Of a stretch of 11,233 bases of DNA, positions 1 to 9,058 are shown one piece after another. The translations under genes and the position numbers were made by a program. Numbering within the stretch: the stretch's first letter is position 1; every line of letters starts with the position of its first letter. This stretch comes from Naegleria gruberi (Eukaryota). Under the pieces are notes generated by a model, which was not told the origin of the DNA, ran no database searches, and worked only from the letters and a program-made list of their open reading frames with translations. The stretch is from the NCBI GenBank assembly GCA_000004985.1, contig GG739005.1; one strand, written 5' to 3'.

Positions 1-3
1 CAT

Positions 4-100
4 GTAAGTCTTAAACATGTTTCATACATTTATAGTTTATTGAACTATTATCATTTGAATAGTTGAAAGTTATACTTTTTCGAATCGAGTATCTCAATAG
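4..100 (+). other. Possible spliceosomal intron upstream of gene 1. Donor GTAAGT at 4-9; pyrimidine-rich tract at 71-81; acceptor AG at 99-100, with an alternative acceptor AG at 88-89.
   Basis: The window opens CAT|GTAAGTC, and the next ~95 nt are AT-rich and end in ...CTTTTTCGAATCGAG|TATCTCAATAG|G. Splicing 3|101 would create TGA in the gene-1 frame, which implies a 5'UTR intron. Splicing 3|90 would instead give in-frame ...I-I-S-I-G-T-M-I-L..., which implies upstream coding exons. Only 3 nt of the putative upstream exon are visible. Confidence 0.25.
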
Positions 101-105
101 GAACT

Positions 106-1290
106 ATGATTTTAGAGTTGAACGAAGAATCTTGGTTAGATCTTTTTATACCAAAAGTGCTATCTATTTCCCTTCGATTAGAACTTTTGGAACCAAAATC
201 GGTTTTGCTCATTCTTAGTTTTAAAGAGAAATATCCAACATGTTCTGCAAAAATTGATCAATTCATTGATTTGTACACAAAATCAGAAATGCGAAATACA
301 GCATTTTCATCTGAAGAATCAAAAATCAATGCACAAGTTATTATCGAGTTGAATTTACCAAGTTTGTGTGGAGTACTTTGTGCAAGACTTGTTCATTCGA
401 AACAAGAAATTAACTTGAATATATTACAAGAAATTGTAACAGTGATGAAACATTTTGGAATTCAAGTATTGGAAGAATGCTTAAATGCCATTGTAGAAGA
501 TATGTTGGTATACCCTTTACGACAAAGGATTGAAGCATATACTCGACTGGCTGGTGGTGAAAGTGATGAGGCTAAACATTTTGCAAGCAAAATACTCTCA
601 AGTATTATTCGAAAATTTGACAACACATCAGAAGATCCATCTGAAGAATGTGCCCAATTACTAACATTTTGTAGAAAGAATGACAAGATTACAGAGGAAA
701 TGAGTATTGCAAAAGTACTAGTTGAAAAGATTACCAAAGCAAAACATGGTCATTCTCTAGTACAAAAATTAATCAAGGAAAATGGAACTGAATGTTTTTG
801 GACTGGATCAGGATTGAGATTAGTTTTGGAACATTGCTACAAACTTTTATACACTGCAGCTTCAAATGTAAATATACCAATTGACTTTGACCTTGGAGTT
901 GACTCTACGAGTGAATGGGTTTTCAAACATGTTAAAATCAAGTGCAAATGTGATCATTGTAAAAGTGTAAAGAAATTCCTTAAATCTAATGACATGGAAT
1001 TTTCTTTCAAGGAGAAGAAGGATGCCAGAACACATGTGGAAACCATTCTAAATGGCATTGACGATATTAAGAGAGAAACAATCAAACATGGCTCACCTCA
1101 AACTCTCAAATTAACCAAGATTCGTACAACTCTCGAAGCCAAGAAGGCAATTGTGACCTCAGCCGAAACTGTTCTCAAACAATACATTGAGTATGCCACC
1201 AAATCAGATCAGAAACCACAAGCAAGACCAGCCTCTGAATCTGTATCATCCTCAACTACTGATCCACCAACCAAGAAAGTCAAACAATAA
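106..1290 (+). CDS. Hypothetical protein, 394 aa, apparently soluble and mostly alpha-helical or charged, with a basic C-terminal tail (PPTKKVKQ). No family recognised.
   Basis: A 1185-nt uninterrupted ORF in AT-rich DNA, where stops are frequent. There is an in-frame TGA at 64-66 upstream, ATG at 106 and TAA at 1288-1290. Codon usage matches the other genes. The antisense 91-aa ORF is rejected. The start context (GGAACTATGA) lacks the A-run seen at the other three starts, so the true N-terminus may lie in an upstream exon. Confidence 0.78.
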   Translation: MILELNEESWLDLFIPKVLSISLRLELLEPKSVLLILSFKEKYPTCSAKIDQFIDLYTKSEMRNTAFSSEESKINAQVIIELNLPSLCGVLCARLVHSKQEINLNILQEIVTVMKHFGIQVLEECLNAIVEDMLVYPLRQRIEAYTRLAGGESDEAKHFASKILSSIIRKFDNTSEDPSEECAQLLTFCRKNDKITEEMSIAKVLVEKITKAKHGHSLVQKLIKENGTECFWTGSGLRLVLEHCYKLLYTAASNVNIPIDFDLGVDSTSEWVFKHVKIKCKCDHCKSVKKFLKSNDMEFSFKEKKDARTHVETILNGIDDIKRETIKHGSPQTLKLTKIRTTLEAKKAIVTSAETVLKQYIEYATKSDQKPQARPASESVSSSTTDPPTKKVKQ

Positions 1291-1426
1291 CACACTCATA
1301 AGTATTTATCCAACATGATTTATCCAAATCTTTCATAAAACGTGATTTTAGAGGGTTACCCTTCGGAGTACTTCCAATTAAGTGTGCCACTATTTGTTAA
1401 ACAAAACTCTTTAAAAGTGAAAAAAA

Positions 1427-3494
1427 ATGGAGAAAGTGCCACTCCAGCAAATATCAAAAAGAAAAGGTACGACCTTCAGATTCTTCCATGAAGCTAGTTG
1501 CAACTGCAGCAACGAGATAAATCAGCACCGGGCAGTGCTGTCATCATCATTGACAACAAGGAGTGGTTTGATCACACTGATGATTGTTGTTATAATAATG
1601 ATGCTGGTTGTTGTGGAACATTCGGAAGCATCTCCCACAACAATAGCAGTTGCTGGTAGTGTGGGTAATACAGACGAGGCTTGGAATTTTCCACTGTATG
1701 GTACGGGTATATTTGTGGTGCCAAACAGTGATCCTTCATTATTGCCAACTTTTTATGTTTCTGATGGAAATTTGTGTGTTGTGAGACAGATCATTGGAAA
1801 TCAAAGTCGAGTGGTGGCAGGAACAGGTGAATGTTTACCAAACGGTGCTGATTCAGTTCCTGGAACAGAATCTACCTTGTATGGACCTACGAATATGTAT
1901 TATGATGCTACTACAGATTTTCTCTACATTTTGGATTCGTCATCTATTAGATTATTGGACATGAAGAGTGGAATAATTTCTAAAATGCTCATTACATTCA
2001 GTGGAACTAATTTAAACTCATTTTCNNNNNNNNNNNNNNNNNNNNNNNNNNNNNNNNNNNNNNNNNNNNNNNNNNNNNNNNNNNNNNNNNNNNNNNNNNN
2101 NNNNNNNNNNNNNNNNNNNNNNNNNNNNNNNNNNNNNNNNNNNNNNNNNNNNNNNNNNNNNNNNNNNNNNNNNNNNNNNNNNNNNNNNNNNNNNNNNNNN
2201 NNNNNNNNNNNNNNNNNNNNNNNNNNNNNNNNNNNNNNNNNNNNNNNNNNNNNNNNNNNNNNNNNNNNNNNNNNNNNNNNNNNNNNNNNNNNNNNNNNNN
2301 NNNNNNNNNNNNNNNNNNNNNNNNNNNNNNNNNNNNNNNNNNNNNNNNNNNNNNNNNNNNNNNNNNNNNNNNNNNNNNNNNNNNNNNNNNNNNNNNNNNN
2401 NNNNNNNNNNNNNNNNNNNNNNNNNNNNNNNNNNNNNNNNNNNNNNNNNNNNNNNNNNNNNNNNNNNNNNNNNNNNNNNNNNNNNNNNNNNNNNNNNNNN
2501 NNNNNNNNNNNNNNNNNNNNNNNNNNNNNNNNNNNNNNNNNNNNNNNNNNNNNNNNNNNNNNNNNNNNNNNNNNNNNNNNNNNNNNNNNNNNNNNNNNNN
2601 NNNNNNNNNNNNNNNNNNNNNNNNNNNNNNNNNNNNNNNNNNNNNNNNNNNNNNNNNNNNNNNNNNNNNNNNNNNNNNNNNNNNNNNNNNNNNNNNNNNN
2701 NNNNNNNNNNNNNNNNNNNNNNNNNNNNNNNNNNNNNNNNNNNNNNNNNNNNNNNNNNNNNNNNNNNNNNNNNNNNNNNNNNNNNNNNNNNNNNNNNNNN
2801 NNNNNNNNNNNNNNNNNNNNNNNNNNNNNNNNNNNNNNNNNNNNNNNNNNNNNNNNNNNNNNNNNNNNNNNNNNNNNNNNNNNNNNNNNNNNNNNNNNNN
2901 NNNNNNNNNNNNNNNNNNNNNNNNNNNNNNNNNNNNNNNNNNNNNNNNNNNNNNNNNNNNNNNNNNNNNNNNNNNNNNNNNNNNNNNNNNNNNNNNNNNN
3001 NNNNNNNNNNNNNNNNNNNNNNNNNNNNNNNNNNNNNNNNNNNNNNNNNNNNNNNNNNNNNNNNNNNNNNNNNNNNNNNNNNNNNNNNNNNNNNNNNNNN
3101 NNNNNNNNNNNNNNNTGCCAATTAAATGGTCCACAAGGACTGGCAGCACCTCCAACAAGCATGAAAGGTCAATTTTTGTTTGATTTTGCTGACACTAATA
3201 ATAACAGAATTAGAAGAATACAAAATGACTTGACAGTTATACCCCTATTAAGCAATAATCCTAATAATGATGGAATTAACGGACCAAATGGAATAATGTA
3301 CACGCCAAATGGTGATCTTTATATCGCCAGTCAAGGAAACAACAAAATAATGAAATACAGTAATTCACAATTGAGTACTGTTGCTGGAAATGGTTATGCA
3401 GGTTATTCAGGCGATGGAGGACCAGCCAGAAATGCCAAGTTGAACTATCCTGCAGATGTTACAGTTTCCTCCACAGGTGAAGTTTATATTGCAG
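1427..3494 (+). CDS. Exon 1 of a large NHL-repeat / EGF-repeat membrane protein. It holds a signal peptide or anchor followed by NHL beta-propeller blades, and it spans N-run 2026..3115.
   Basis: The ORF is in frame 2 from ATG 1427, in context AAAAAAATGG. The hydrophobic stretch LITLMIVVIIMMLVVV is followed by EHSEA|SP. NHL-type blades are visible, for example FPLYGTGIFVVPNSDPSLLPTFYVSDGNLCVVRQI and LYGPTNMYYDATTDFLYILDSSSIRLLD. After the N-run come LNGPQGLA...FLFDFADTNNNRIRRIQ, INGPNGIMYTPNGDLYIASQGNNKIMKY and LNYPADVTVSSTGEVYIAG. The exon ends at the donor GCAG|GTATGT at 3494/3495. An alternative start, ATG 1580 (MIVVIIMMLVVVEHSEA), gives a textbook cleavable signal peptide. Confidence 0.7.
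1580..1630 (+). other. Candidate cleavable signal peptide, or the hydrophobic core of a signal anchor if translation starts at 1427.
   Basis: MIVVIIMMLVVVEHSEA|SPTT: a hydrophobic core followed by small residues at positions -3 and -1 (S-E-A). Confidence 0.5.
2026..3115. other. Run of 1090 N: undetermined sequence (assembly gap or masked segment) inside the NHL-propeller coding region.
   Basis: A contiguous n-run. NHL blades flank both sides, and the same reading frame (frame 2) is open on both sides. Confidence 0.99.
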
Positions 3495-3542
3495 GTATGT
3501 TTTGAAGAATTTAATGTAATTTTTAAACGATTCATCTACTAG
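3495..3542 (+). other. Spliceosomal intron (48 nt, phase 1) of the NHL/EGF gene.
   Basis: It runs GTATGTTTTGAAGAATTTAATGTAATTTTTAAACGATTCATCTACTAG. Unspliced, the ORF hits TGA at 3503-3505. Spliced, G|AT gives ...EVYIAG-D-WGNRAVRKVFRNG..., which reconstitutes the canonical NHL motif (hydrophobic-A-D-x-x-N-x-R-V) exactly across the junction. It also joins the two large ORFs, which are both in frame 2. Confidence 0.85.
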
Positions 3543-4692
3543 ATTGGGGAAATAGAGCTGTAAGAAAAGTTTTTAGAAATGGAACAATTATTACTCTTAT
3601 TGTTAGTGGTAACGGACTGTCTGAATTGAATGGTGTTACATTGACACCAAATGGAGATTTGTTGTATTCAACACAATTATGGGTCAAGCTGTATATGGAG
3701 GGAGATTCAGGAAGTTGTATTGATAAGAATACATGCAATAATCATGGCAGTTGTGTGAATGGAAAGTGTGTTTGTGATAGTGGATGGAGAGGAAATTTGA
3801 ATTGTGGAACATTTTCATGTGACATTACACCACCACCTCATTCTTCACAATGTATTGGTCCAAATCAATTTTCTTGTCAAGATGGGTGGACAGGATTAAA
3901 TTGCCAGGAACCAGTTTGTTTTGGAACTCCAGCAAGCACCACAACAGTATGCAGTTCACATGGTCAATGCATTTCCAATAATACATGTAATTGTGTGAGT
4001 GGATGGAGAGGCAATTCAGATTGTAGTGCATTTTCATGTGACATTACACCACCACCTCACTCTTCACAATGTATTGGTCCAAATCAATTTTCTTGCCAGG
4101 ATGGATGGACAGGACTAAATTGCCAGGAACCAGTTTGCTTTGGAACTCCAGCAAACACCACAACAGTATGCAGTTCACACGGTAAATGTATTTCCAATAA
4201 TACATGTAATTGTGTGAGTGGATGGAGAGGCAATTCAGATTGCAGTGCATTTTCATGTGATGTAAAATCTGAACATGGAGAGTATTGTATTGGACCTAAT
4301 ACCTACAAATGTCAAGATGGCTGGATTGGTGATTTATGTGACATTCCACTTTGTAATGGAATTCCAGCAAATAATCCAGCAGTTTGCAATTCACACGGAC
4401 AGTGCATTTCCAATAATACATGTAATTGCTTTAGTGGATGGAGAGGAAATAGTATTTGCACTCAATTTACATGTGATGGTGTCAATAATTGTCAACCTCA
4501 TGGTCAATGCATTTCTAATAATACTTGTAAATGTAGTACTGGTTATGGTGGAAATGGATGTAACGATAGAATGTGCTTTGGTAAATGGGGTCAAGCAGGT
4601 TGCAGCAATAATGGATATTGTTCAAATACTGACAAGTGCAGTTGTTTCCCTCTCTATTTTGGACAACAATGTCAGTGGCTTGATTGTAATCC
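3543..4692 (+). CDS. Exon 2 of the NHL/EGF gene. It carries the last NHL blade and then at least nine tenascin-type EGF-like modules, and continues into N-run 2.
   Basis: DWGNRAVRKV...LNGVTLTPNGDLLYSTQ is followed by repeated units such as CIDKNTCNNHGSCVNGKCVCDSGWRGNLNC, VCSSHGQCISNNTCNCVSGWRGNSDC and CQPHGQCISNNTCKCSTGYGGNGC. These follow the C-x(3-5)-G-x-C-x(5)-C-x-C-x(2)-G-W/Y-x-G-x(2)-C pattern. The ORF is uninterrupted up to the first N at 4693. Confidence 0.85.
3812..4468 (+). repeat. In-frame tandem repeat of a 219-bp (73-codon) two-EGF module. Copies 1 (3812..4030) and 2 (4031..4249) are about 95% identical at the DNA level; copy 3 (4250..~4468) is diverged.
   Basis: Direct comparison of TTTTCATGTGACATTACACCACCACCTCA...GATTGTAGTGCA with the following 219 nt shows about 11 mismatches, mostly synonymous. 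Two changes are non-synonymous: S->N and Q->K. The antisense ORFs 3825..4037 and 4044..4256 are mirror artefacts of this duplication. Confidence 0.9.
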
Positions 4693-7600
4693 NNNNNNNN
4701 NNNNNNNNNNNNNNNNNNNNNNNNNNNNNNNNNNNNNNNNNNNNNNNNNNNNNNNNNNNNNNNNNNNNNNNNNNNNNNNNNNNNNNNNNNNNNNNNNNNN
4801 NNNNNNNNNNNNNNNNNNNNNNNNNNNNNNNNNNNNNNNNNNNNNNNNNNNNNNNNNNNNNNNNNNNNNNNNNNNNNNNNNNNNNNNNNNNNNNNNNNNN
4901 NNNNNNNNNNNNNNNNNNNNNNNNNNNNNNNNNNNNNNNNNNNNNNNNNNNNNNNNNNNNNNNNNNNNNNNNNNNNNNNNNNNNNNNNNNNNNNNNNNNN
5001 NNNNNNNNNNNNNNNNNNNNNNNNNNNNNNNNNNNNNNNNNNNNNNNNNNNNNNNNNNNNNNNNNNNNNNNNNNNNNNNNNNNNNNNNNNNNNNNNNNNN
5101 NNNNNNNNNNNNNNNNNNNNNNNNNNNNNNNNNNNNNNNNNNNNNNNNNNNNNNNNNNNNNNNNNNNNNNNNNNNNNNNNNNNNNNNNNNNNNNNNNNNN
5201 NNNNNNNNNNNNNNNNNNNNNNNNNNNNNNNNNNNNNNNNNNNNNNNNNNNNNNNNNNNNNNNNNNNNNNNNNNNNNNNNNNNNNNNNNNNNNNNNNNNN
5301 NNNNNNNNNNNNNNNNNNNNNNNNNNNNNNNNNNNNNNNNNNNNNNNNNNNNNNNNNNNNNNNNNNNNNNNNNNNNNNNNNNNNNNNNNNNNNNNNNNNN
5401 NNNNNNNNNNNNNNNNNNNNNNNNNNNNNNNNNNNNNNNNNNNNNNNNNNNNNNNNNNNNNNNNNNNNNNNNNNNNNNNNNNNNNNNNNNNNNNNNNNNN
5501 NNNNNNNNNNNNNNNNNNNNNNNNNNNNNNNNNNNNNNNNNNNNNNNNNNNNNNNNNNNNNNNNNNNNNNNNNNNNNNNNNNNNNNNNNNNNNNNNNNNN
5601 NNNNNNNNNNNNNNNNNNNNNNNNNNNNNNNNNNNNNNNNNNNNNNNNNNNNNNNNNNNNNNNNNNNNNNNNNNNNNNNNNNNNNNNNNNNNNNNNNNNN
5701 NNNNNNNNNNNNNNNNNNNNNNNNNNNNNNNNNNNNNNNNNNNNNNNNNNNNNNNNNNNNNNNNNNNNNNNNNNNNNNNNNNNNNNNNNNNNNNNNNNNN
5801 NNNNNNNNNNNNNNNNNNNNNNNNNNNNNNNNNNNNNNNNNNNNNNNNNNNNNNNNNNNNNNNNNNNNNNNNNNNNNNNNNNNNNNNNNNNNNNNNNNNN
5901 NNNNNNNNNNNNNNNNNNNNNNNNNNNNNNNNNNNNNNNNNNNNNNNNNNNNNNNNNNNNNNNNNNNNNNNNNNNNNNNNNNNNNNNNNNNNNNNNNNNN
6001 NNNNNNNNNNNNNNNNNNNNNNNNNNNNNNNNNNNNNNNNNNNNNNNNNNNNNNNNNNNNNNNNNNNNNNNNNNNNNNNNNNNNNNNNNNNNNNNNNNNN
6101 NNNNNNNNNNNNNNNNNNNNNNNNNNNNNNNNNNNNNNNNNNNNNNNNNNNNNNNNNNNNNNNNNNNNNNNNNNNNNNNNNNNNNNNNNNNNNNNNNNNN
6201 NNNNNNNNNNNNNNNNNNNNNNNNNNNNNNNNNNNNNNNNNNNNNNNNNNNNNNNNNNNNNNNNNNNNNNNNNNNNNNNNNNNNNNNNNNNNNNNNNNNN
6301 NNNNNNNNNNNNNNNNNNNNNNNNNNNNNNNNNNNNNNNNNNNNNNNNNNNNNNNNNNNNNNNNNNNNNNNNNNNNNNNNNNNNNNNNNNNNNNNNNNNN
6401 NNNNNNNNNNNNNNNNNNNNNNNNNNNNNNNNNNNNNNNNNNNNNNNNNNNNNNNNNNNNNNNNNNNNNNNNNNNNNNNNNNNNNNNNNNNNNNNNNNNN
6501 NNNNNNNNNNNNNNNNNNNNNNNNNNNNNNNNNNNNNNNNNNNNNNNNNNNNNNNNNNNNNNNNNNNNNNNNNNNNNNNNNNNNNNNNNNNNNNNNNNNN
6601 NNNNNNNNNNNNNNNNNNNNNNNNNNNNNNNNNNNNNNNNNNNNNNNNNNNNNNNNNNNNNNNNNNNNNNNNNNNNNNNNNNNNNNNNNNNNNNNNNNNN
6701 NNNNNNNNNNNNNNNNNNNNNNNNNNNNNNNNNNNNNNNNNNNNNNNNNNNNNNNNNNNNNNNNNNNNNNNNNNNNNNNNNNNNNNNNNNNNNNNNNNNN
6801 NNNNNNNNNNNNNNNNNNNNNNNNNNNNNNNNNNNNNNNNNNNNNNNNNNNNNNNNNNNNNNNNNNNNNNNNNNNNNNNNNNNNNNNNNNNNNNNNNNNN
6901 NNNNNNNNNNNNNNNNNNNNNNNNNNNNNNNNNNNNNNNNNNNNNNNNNNNNNNNNNNNNNNNNNNNNNNNNNNNNNNNNNNNNNNNNNNNNNNNNNNNN
7001 NNNNNNNNNNNNNNNNNNNNNNNNNNNNNNNNNNNNNNNNNNNNNNNNNNNNNNNNNNNNNNNNNNNNNNNNNNNNNNNNNNNNNNNNNNNNNNNNNNNN
7101 NNNNNNNNNNNNNNNNNNNNNNNNNNNNNNNNNNNNNNNNNNNNNNNNNNNNNNNNNNNNNNNNNNNNNNNNNNNNNNNNNNNNNNNNNNNNNNNNNNNN
7201 NNNNNNNNNNNNNNNNNNNNNNNNNNNNNNNNNNNNNNNNNNNNNNNNNNNNNNNNNNNNNNNNNNNNNNNNNNNNNNNNNNNNNNNNNNNNNNNNNNNN
7301 NNNNNNNNNNNNNNNNNNNNNNNNNNNNNNNNNNNNNNNNNNNNNNNNNNNNNNNNNNNNNNNNNNNNNNNNNNNNNNNNNNNNNNNNNNNNNNNNNNNN
7401 NNNNNNNNNNNNNNNNNNNNNNNNNNNNNNNNNNNNNNNNNNNNNNNNNNNNNNNNNNNNNNNNNNNNNNNNNNNNNNNNNNNNNNNNNNNNNNNNNNNN
7501 NNNNNNNNNNNNNNNNNNNNNNNNNNNNNNNNNNNNNNNNNNNNNNNNNNNNNNNNNNNNNNNNNNNNNNNNNNNNNNNNNNNNNNNNNNNNNNNNNNNN

Positions 7601-9058
7601 NNNNNNNNNNNNNNNNNNNNNNNNNNNNNNNNNNNNNNNNNNNNNNNNNNNNNNNNNNNNNNNNNNNNNNNNNNNNNNNNNNNNNNNNNNNNNNNNNNNN
7701 NNNNNNNNNNNNNNNNNNNNNNNNNNNNNNNNNNNNNNNNNNNNNNNNNNNNNNNNNNNNNNNNNNNNNNNNNNNNNNNNNNNNNNNNNNNNNNNNNNNN
7801 NNNNNNNNNNNNNNNNNNNNNNNNNNNNNNNNNNNNNNNNNNNNNNNNNNNNNNNNNNNNNNNNNNNNNNNNNNNNNNNNNNNNNNNNNNNNNNNNNNNN
7901 NNNNNNNNNNNNNNNNNNNNNNNNNNNNNNNNNNNNNNNNNNNNNNNNNNNNNNNNNNNNNNNNNNNNNNNNNNNNNNNNNNNNNNNNNNNNNNNNNNNN
8001 NNNNNNNNNNNNNNNNNNNNNNNNNNNNNNNNNNNNNNNNNNNNNNNNNNNNNNNNNNNNNNNNNNNNNNNNNNNNNNNNNNNNNNNNNNNNNNNNNNNN
8101 NNNNNNNNNNNNNNNNNNNNNNNNNNNNNNNNNNNNNNNNNNNNNNNNNNNNNNNNNNNNNNNNNNNNNNNNNNNNNNNNNNNNNNNNNNNNNNNNNNNN
8201 NNNNNNNNNNNNNNNNNNNNNNNNNNNNNNNNNNNNNNNNNNNNNNNNNNNNNNNNNNNNNNNNNNNNNNNNNNNNNNNNNNNNNNNNNNNNNNNNNNNN
8301 NNNNNNNNNNNNNNNNNNNNNNNNNNNNNNNNNNNNNNNNNNNNNNNNNNNNNNNNNNNNNNNNNNNNNNNNNNNNNNNNNNNNNNNNNNNNNNNNNNNN
8401 NNNNNNNNNNNNNNNNNNNNNNNNNNNNNNNNNNNNNNNNNNNNNNNNNNNNNNNNNNNNNNNNNNNNNNNNNNNNNNNNNNNNNNNNNNNNNNNNNNNN
8501 NNNNNNNNNNNNNNNNNNNNNNNNNNNNNNNNNNNNNNNNNNNNNNNNNNNNNNNNNNNNNNNNNNNNNNNNNNNNNNNNNNNNNNNNNNNNNNNNNNNN
8601 NNNNNNNNNNNNNNNNNNNNNNNNNNNNNNNNNNNNNNNNNNNNNNNNNNNNNNNNNNNNNNNNNNNNNNNNNNNNNNNNNNNNNNNNNNNNNNNNNNNN
8701 NNNNNNNNNNNNNNNNNNNNNNNNNNNNNNNNNNNNNNNNNNNNNNNNNNNNNNNNNNNNNNNNNNNNNNNNNNNNNNNNNNNNNNNNNNNNNNNNNNNN
8801 NNNNNNNNNNNNNNNNNNNNNNNNNNNNNNNNNNNNNNNNNNNNNNNNNNNNNNNNNNNNNNNNNNNNNNNNNNNNNNNNNNNNNNNNNNNNNNNNNNNN
8901 NNNNNNNNNNNNNNNNNNNNNNNNNNNNNNNNNNNNNNNNNNNNNNNNNNNNNNNNNNNNNNNNNNNNNNNNNNNNNNNNNNNNNNNNNNNNNNNNNNNN
9001 NNNNNNNNNNNNNNNNNNNNNNNNNNNNNNNNNNNNNNNNNNNNNNNNNNNNNNNNNN
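4693..9058. other. Run of 4366 N: undetermined sequence inside the EGF-array gene. It most likely hides further EGF modules, and possibly introns.
   Basis: A contiguous n-run. EGF modules lie immediately upstream and an S/T/N-rich stalk immediately downstream. The coding frame changes from frame 2 before the run to frame 1 after it. Confidence 0.99.

Noticed and set aside
462-737. 91-aa minus-strand ORF inside gene 1
   Set aside because: It is antisense to a 394-aa ORF with coherent codon usage, and has no independent support.
1350-1375. Short GGG-TTA-CCC hairpin (AGGGTTACCCTTCGG) between genes 1 and 2
   Set aside because: It has only a 3-bp stem. This is too weak to call a terminator or regulatory structure, and eukaryotic 3' ends do not rely on such hairpins.
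1924-3162. Minus-strand ORFs 1924..3162, 2007..3158 and 2018..3121, and the plus or minus ORFs 4275..9089 and 4515..9071
   Set aside because: They are made almost entirely of X translated from the N-runs, which cannot contain stops. Their real-sequence ends run antisense or out of frame relative to the convincing NHL and EGF coding frame.
3825-4256. Two nearly identical 70-aa minus-strand ORFs (3825..4037 and 4044..4256), plus 4391..4594 and 3532..3738 on the minus strand
   Set aside because: They lie antisense to the EGF exon. The pair is simply the reverse-strand image of the 219-bp tandem duplication. They have no start context, low complexity, and overlap a much better supported + strand CDS.
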